Origin: Eledone cirrhosa
Taxonomy: Eukaryota
Assembly (NCBI GenBank): GCA_964016885.1
Contig: OZ024741.1
Location: forward strand, 320,292,001 to 320,356,000
Direction: 5' to 3'
Length of the DNA stretch: 64,000 nt
Position 1 is the first letter of the stretch. Each line of letters opens with the position of its first letter. Positions 57,358 through 64,000 of this stretch are shown one piece after another. The notes under the pieces were generated by a model. The model ran no database searches and was not told the DNA's origin. It saw only the letters and a list, made by a program, of their open reading frames with translations. The translations under genes and the position numbers were made by a program.

Positions 57358-59120
57358 GTGGAGCGCAGTACTTACCATCAACTACTACATAATGCTGTAA
57401 CTAAGGATTACCGTAAAACTAATCGGTGCGTCATCAATGAAATCAACGATGCTGGGTTTAAAATCACATCTGATCTCAACATCCTGGACCGGACCGAACC
57501 TCTGGACCCTATCTCTCCCCACTTTACCCTGAAGGATCACAAATCCAATTTTCCGAACAACCCCTCTATTCGGCTTATTAACCCTACGAAGTCCGATTTA
57601 GGTAGACTTAGTAAAACGATTCTTGATAGAATTATACCTGAAATTAGAAGTTTGGCCCCTCTCGCACTGTGGAACAATTCTTTCGCGGTGATTGATTGGT
57701 TCAACGGCATATGTAACAAGGAACATTGCCGTTTTATCCAATTCGACATCAACAATTACTACTCCTCCATCACATTACCACTTCTCCTCAGAGCTATCAA
57801 TTTCGCTAAAACACTCACAGTGGTTAAGGATTTTGAAGTTGATGTCATCCTTAATGCCCGAGAGTCGGTGATTAATTTCGACGTCTCTATTTGGATTAAA
57901 AAACCAATAGTACCCCATTCGACGTGAGTATGGGCGCCAGTGACTCTGCGGAGGTTACTGATCTTATTGGCCTTTTCCTTCTTTTCTCTATCAAGGACGA
58001 ATTCCCCAACGCGGGTGGTGGTTTGTACCGTGACGATGGTCTTTTGATCATGACTAAGTGCGGACCTCGTGCTTGCGACAGGTTCAGAAAAGAACTCACA
58101 GCCTTCTTTAAAGGCTTCAACCTCTCTATACAGGTTGAGGCCAATCTCTCGGTCGTTAATTACCTCGACGTTACCCTCAATTTATTGAATGGGTTGTATT
58201 ACCCGTATAGAAAGCCGAATGATTCGCTTAATTACATAAGTAAGCATTCCAACCATCCTGCCAGCATAACCAAGAACCTGGTAAGAAACATTTCGTTGAG
58301 GCTTTCCCGTCTTTCCACCAACGAGCGCATTTTCAACGACCATTCCACTTATTACAATGAAGCTCTTGCTCGAAGTGGATTTGTCGATAAGGTAGCATAT
58401 ACAGAGTATGAAAATAGACCTAGAAGAAATAGATCCCGTCGCATTTGTTTGTTTAACCCACCATATAATATGGAGGTGGCCACACCATTAACTAAGATCT
58501 TTCTTTCCCTTATTACGAAGCATTTTCCCCCTACACATAAATATAGTAAAATTTTTAATAGAAATACTATTAAAATTTCTTACTCTACGACTCCTAACCT
58601 TGCACATAACATCACAGCTTCAAATTTAGCTAAACTACCTAGCCGTAGGAACACGTGCAACCCTGTAGTTAGTACTAACTGTAATTGTAGGAATCGGGCT
58701 GATTGCCCCCTATCCGGGAAATGCCTCTCTAGTAACATTGTCTACAAATGTAAGGTTGTAACACCCACGTCCCGTAGGGCTTACATAGAGTTAACCGCCA
58801 ATAATTTCAAGCAGCGTCTTTACATGCATACCCATTCTTTTCGTTACCCTCTAAGAAGGAATATGACGTCACTTTCAGCTTATATCTGGAGTCTAAAAGA
58901 CAACCACACCCAATATAAGTTACACTGGGAGATCCTAGCTAGGGCTAGATCGTATAATGGAAATAAAAGACCATGTGACCTCTGCGCCGCTGAGGCCCTG
59001 GAAATACTCTACGCCACAGACCACATCTTAAACAAAAAATCTGAGGCAATTTCGGCTTGTAAACATAAATTGCACAAAACTTTCCTGTATTACAGCCCCA
59101 CGTTATACCCTAACGGATAG
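57358..59120 (+). CDS. PLE family A RT + GIY-YIG endonuclease, 5'-truncated, one frameshift near 57900
   Basis: FIQFDINNYYSSI, MGASDSAEVTDLIG, GGLYRDDGL, NYLDVTLN, CNCRNRADCPLSGKCL, IVYKC..YIELT..FKQRLYMH, CDLC, LNKKSE..CKH. Confidence 0.9.
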
Positions 59121-60140
59121 CACGATCTATACGTGGATATTTTATGTCTTGATGTGAGAGCTAAGTATATGTTTTGTTTATTCCTTTACTTATTTGCATA
59201 GGTAAGTATATATTACCCATATGTTTTGTGAAGGTATGTATACCTTCTCGTACGTATATTTGACTGTTATGGCGTATCATTTTTACATATTCTAGTATTT
59301 AGGGTTTGGCTATGTGTATACGGGAGTTTTGCGTCCGAGTGAGTATGCAGGTTCGTACGTATGGTGGGTGTGTGTATATGTGTACTTCTTGTTTTAGTTG
59401 ACTTACGTCTCCGAACATTCGTGTATTTATATGTAGGTATGTGTGTGCGCTTGTTATATACGTATTTATTTACTTATATACGTTTATATAATTATTTATT
59501 TATTTGTACACAAGCATACACACACACACATATTTATATGTGCGTGGTTTTGTATACCTATGGTAAGGTTTTGCGTATGCTTGTGTATGTACGTATCTGT
59601 TTGCGTGTATGTATTTATTTATTTCTATTACTTCTGTATTGTATTTATTTACTTTGTTCTTAACTCTGTAGCGGAGATTCATTTGGTCTCCTAGTTAGAA
59701 TTTTAGTCTACGACTTCTGCTATACCATTTACGTGGTTTTGTCTTTGCGTGCTTTTGTTCTCCACGCTCCACATATGACTTATTATCTTCGTTTTTTCGT
59801 TCATTGCCAGAGAACGTCTCTATGCACCACTTAGAGAACATTAGTCTACGACTTCTTTTATACCATAAACGTGGTTCTGTCTTTGCGCGTAATTGTTTTT
59901 CACCGCTCCTATTAATGACGTATTATTCGTTTTTCCCCGTTCTTTGCCAGCGAACGTTACCACGAACCAAAGTATCGTCTTCCTGTCTTCCTCCGGTTGC
60001 AACGTTTTTTGAAATATCCAGTTCTGCGTTTACAGATTGACTTTGTTAGTTTCAGAAGATCCCGTTAAGGGTGAAAGCAGCGATTCTTTGCTTAAACTTT
60101 AATCTGTTATTTTAATAAATATATATATATATATATATAA

Positions 60141-60760
60141 TATAGTGAAAAGATAACAAGGACGATTGGTTACTCCTTCATTACATTTATTGGTTGGTGA
60201 CGCGCGTTTCGCCACTGATCGGCTCAAGGTTTGATCTGTATCGATCTTACGCGATTCTGACTTTATCATATAGCATGTATTCATTTTCTACTAACATTAC
60301 AAGGGGTCTGACGAACCGCGGATTACAGAGTCGGGTAAGATCGATACAGATCGAACCTTGAGGTGATCAGTGGCGAAACCCGCGTCACCAACCAATAAAT
60401 GTAATGAAAGAGTAACCAATCGTTCTTGTTATCTTTTCACTATAATACACTCTGTCTAGCTCGACACTGAAGTGAACCTAAACATCGAGTGCTCACCTGG
60501 CTGAACCTACAGTAACTCCAAGTTACACTCCCTGGATATATATATATATATATATATATATTGAAAGGATAACAAGGACGATTGGTTACTCCTTCATTAC
60601 ATTTGTTGGTAGGTGACGCGCGTTTCGCCACTGATCAGCTCAAGGTTCAATCTGTTTCGATCTTACCCGACTCTATAATACGCAGCTCGGCAGACCCCTT
60701 AAAATGCTATTAGAAAATGAATGCATGCCATACGATAAAGACAGAAGTTCATATGTTGGT
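60141..60760. mobile_element. Non-coding family D: three alternately oriented copies carrying an extended-stem-II HHR
   Basis: 60141-60260 (-), 60300-60445 (+) and 60561-60760 (-) share GAAACGCGCGTCACC...; intact CTGACGA at 60308-60314. Confidence 0.75.
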
Positions 60761-61297
60761 CAATATGGGTTGTTTTGATTGGTGATGTTTTCGCCTGTGG
60801 TGTATGTGGGGATGGATGTGATGAAAAGATATTGGTGACGATCACTGGCTGGGATGGGCTGTGGTGTGGGGGTGGTGGATTGACTTTCGCCTGTAGTGTA
60901 TGTAGGGGTGGATGTGATGGTGATGGTGACGGTCGCTGGCTGGGATGGGCTGTGGTGTGGGGGTGGTGGGTTGTCGATAGACAGATTGGCGTATATCTGT
61001 GGTTGATTATTGTGTGTGGTGTGGGTGTGGTGGTGTTGTTTATGGTAGTGGTGTTTATGGTGGTGTGGTGGATGTGTTGGTGGTGTCAAATCAATGGGGG
61101 AGATACATACATAGACACTCTTAGTCTGACAGAAACGTTGTATACATATACATGCGTATATATACTGACATATATACACACATGCACCCATATACACACA
61201 CATACATACGTACACGTACCCCCACACACATATCCATACATACACACACACATATAGATACACATATATATACACATACACACACACACGTATATAC

Positions 61298-61383
<86 letters not shown>

Positions 61384-61386
<3 letters not shown>

Positions 61387-61670
61387 GAGGTTATATTTAA
61401 TTTGTTGCGATTCAACAAGCTTAAAAATGTTTATAACTGATATAAAGCACTCAACAACTTAGTGGAGTAAATATACAATATATTAATAAATGGAAACTAT
61501 ATTTATAAAACCGTAATTATTTTATTATATATATTTCAAGGGCGACCAAGGTAAATTATGTTGCGCTTTCATCAGATAAAATATGGATTTGTTTTATAAA
61601 TAAATATTGACATACCCGGAAAAAAGACAACCTCAACGGTTGAAATTCGCTGGATAGTGGAGATAATTGA
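61384..61670 (-). mobile_element. Family C terminal element with HHR motif
   Basis: Minus-strand TTTTAT-CTGATGA...GAAA-TATATA-TA-ATAAAA at 61520-61581; homologous to 46357-46650. Confidence 0.7.
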
Positions 61671-63254
61671 GGGTGATACAAAGTTCTGAGTGAGTATGCA
61701 AATGAGTGTCGGAAAAATTGAAAAAAACAACGGTTTATTTAAATTAAACTGTTGGAAGAAAATAGATGTAAAAGGGAGAGAGACAAAATAGATGTAAAAG
61801 GGAGAGAGACAAGATAGATGTAAAGGGGAGAGAGACAAAAAATTGAGAGGGAGAGAGATAAAGAGAAAAAAATTGAGAGGGAGAGAGATAGAGAGAAAAC
61901 ATATATTGAAAGGGAGGGAGATAGAATAGTGAGATGGGAGAGAGAAGAGAATAGAAAGAGAAAGAGAGAGATAGAAGAAAAAAGAGAAAATATATAATAT
62001 TGAGAGAGAGTGAAGGAAAGAACAAATATTGAGATGGAGAGAGAAAAGAAAAAGTATTGAGAGGGAGAGAGAAAAAAATATTGAAAAAAAGAGGGAAAAA
62101 AAGTAGTGAGAGGAAGAGAGAAGAAAGAGAATGAGAAAGAGGGGCGAAATGAGCGAAGAAATAAATTATATTTGGATGAGTAGTCAGAATGTAATGTAAT
62201 TCATTATGTTATGTTTATATTATTTATAAAGGTAAAGTTAAAAAATTAAATTAATGATAAAAAAATTCTTTACAAAAGAATATTGTTATAATTTAGTTAA
62301 AAATTTAATTAAAATTTAATTAATTACAATAAGATATATTACAAAAATAAGTATTTAAAAATTTATTAAGATGTATTAATATTATATAGGTTTAGATGTG
62401 TATTTTATGTTATAGGTTATAAATTATTTGAATGTATAGTATTTTGCATTGGAAAAAAAAAAACAAGTATAGTTTAATTGATTAAAGTAAGTTTGCCAAA
62501 ATTATATTTAGCCAGAGTTTATTAATAGTTTTATGTCAAATCTTAAACATCAAATATTTATGAAGATTTACGACAGTTTAGAAACGAAAAATTATTTAAT
62601 TAGGAGTATATATTAAAACAATTTACAATTTCGACTATAAATTAAGACTATAAAGATTGAGATTATAAAAACAATAAGGAAGTTTAAAGGAAGTTAAAAG
62701 GATTTTTTAAAAACTCAAATGACTCCAAGGATAGATAAAAATCACTACGAAAGTTATAAGAAGTTATAAAAATTCATCTTAAAATATAACTAAAATATAA
62801 GACATAATTATTCAACATATATATAAATAATATAAATGATTGGATATATATGAAAATACATAAGTATTAAACATGTTTGGAATATTGGAAGATGTAGGGG
62901 TAATGGAAGATATGAAAATAGTGGTTTTTCGTATCTTTCAAAAGAACCTTTCAAAAACTTAATCATAAGTTTTACAAAAATTTCCAGGTGGTGTTTCGAA
63001 GGCAATTTTTAGAATTTTTCAAAACATTTTTATAAAAGATTTTCTGGAGGTAGGATTGAAAAGTGCGATAATATAAGTATTAGAAAGTAAAGGTTTTAAG
63101 GAGTAAATTAAAATTAATAAGTGTACTTTATATATTTAGGATGATTAGAATTATATTGATATATATAATCTGAGGGAAGAGATTATAGGTGTTTGGATGG
63201 AGAAAAACATTATGTAAGGAAGAATGAACATATATTACATTTTATATATATATA

Positions 63255-63515
63255 TATAAAAGTTGCGTTTAACCGATGTTTACAAGAACTAAATAAATTA
63301 TTCCGCAAATTAATAGAGTTCTTAGATTTTAGTATAAAGAATATTTCCTCTACGCAAAGGCTACAAAATTTGGATAGAGCTGTGTAAGATGGTGCTTTGG
63401 AGACAATATTCCAAGATAAAGAGTAGTTTATATTCTTGGATTTTAAATTCCATAATAAGTTGTATAGAGAAGTTGAAGATTTCTTGGTAATATTCGTAAA
63501 AGATATATGTTCAAA
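63255..63515 (-). pseudogene. C-terminal GIY-YIG fragment of another family A-like PLE
   Basis: SFTNITKKSSTSLYNLLWNLK..YSLSWNIVSKAPSY..CSLCVEE..INLRNNL..CKH aligns by eye to the 58830-59070 translation. Confidence 0.75.
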
Positions 63516-63539
63516 TGAACCAGCTAACATCGCATGCTC

Positions 63540-64000
63540 AGAGTAGGCCCATTCACATGAGCTATTCTCACTACATTCACCCACCTTTTACCAAATGTAC
63601 TGAGGAGCAGCAATTATCTCTCCACCCTCACCCTCCTTTCCAAGTGAAACTTGAAAAAGTTGATCAGAGATTGGTGGAAGAGAAAAGTGTCTGTCTTCAG
63701 TCCTTTCAACCTGGTCCACCGCGTAGAGGGTTCTGGCAGTAGACGGATCGCCTCACCAATTAAACCTGTCCCTTTCACAAAAATCAAAAATGCAGACGCT
63801 CCAATTTGGGGAGGGGGAATGAGGAGGGGGGTCAAGGGACGACGGTCAGGTGGTAGTAGATGAAGGAGGCAATGTCGCGTTCGCCACCTCTGCCCGACCT
63901 TTCAAGGATAGCTTCCTATCGGACAATATCTTATCCACCTTTAGGTCCGGTCCGAACCAGAATCCAAGCAAATTCACCGGTCTGTCCGTCCAGCGTTAGA
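63540..64000 (-). pseudogene. Tx1/L1-clade LINE ORF2 fragments
   Basis: RWTDRPVNLLGFWFGPDL..RKLSLKGRAEVAN and WTRLKGLKTDTFL..FFKFHLERRVRVER, the latter homologous to 14100-14270. Confidence 0.7.

Larger units (their letters stand above)
55228..60122. mobile_element. Penelope-like element family A inserted as a ~4.9 kb inverted duplication
   Basis: Arms 55313-57279 (-) and 58157-60122 (+) are near-identical reverse complements; (TA)n on both flanks. Confidence 0.95.

Noticed and set aside
57358-59120. Selenocysteine-recoding PLE or programmed frameshift
   Set aside because: No in-frame TGA at Cys positions; the frameshift interrupts the RT core in a homopolymer and is better explained by mutation or sequencing error.

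Overview
AT-rich, repeat-saturated animal DNA with no host protein-coding gene I can support. The SINE families and long (TA)n/(CA)n/(GA)n tracts suggest a coleoid cephalopod, probably Octopus (inference). Contents: (1) one apparently intact CR1-like LINE. ORF1 has a Myb/SANT-like region and a CCCH finger, ORF2 is APE+RT, and the two frames are linked by a correctly phased U_UUU_UUA -1 frameshift heptamer. (2) At least three Penelope-like element (PLE) families with RT and GIY-YIG domains, including a ~4.9 kb fold-back insertion. (3) Many short non-coding inserts in (TA)n tracts carrying hammerhead-ribozyme (HHR) folds, inverted segments or terminal redundancy, including an apparently identical 607-bp x ~3.4 tandem array that resembles a retrozyme/circular-RNA retrocopy. 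(4) Degenerate RTE, Tx1/L1 and R4/Dong LINE remnants. (5) About a dozen tRNA-derived SINE copies and a 200-N assembly gap. Most ORFs in the supplied track are translations of microsatellites. All RNA folds and alignments were done by eye and are untested.
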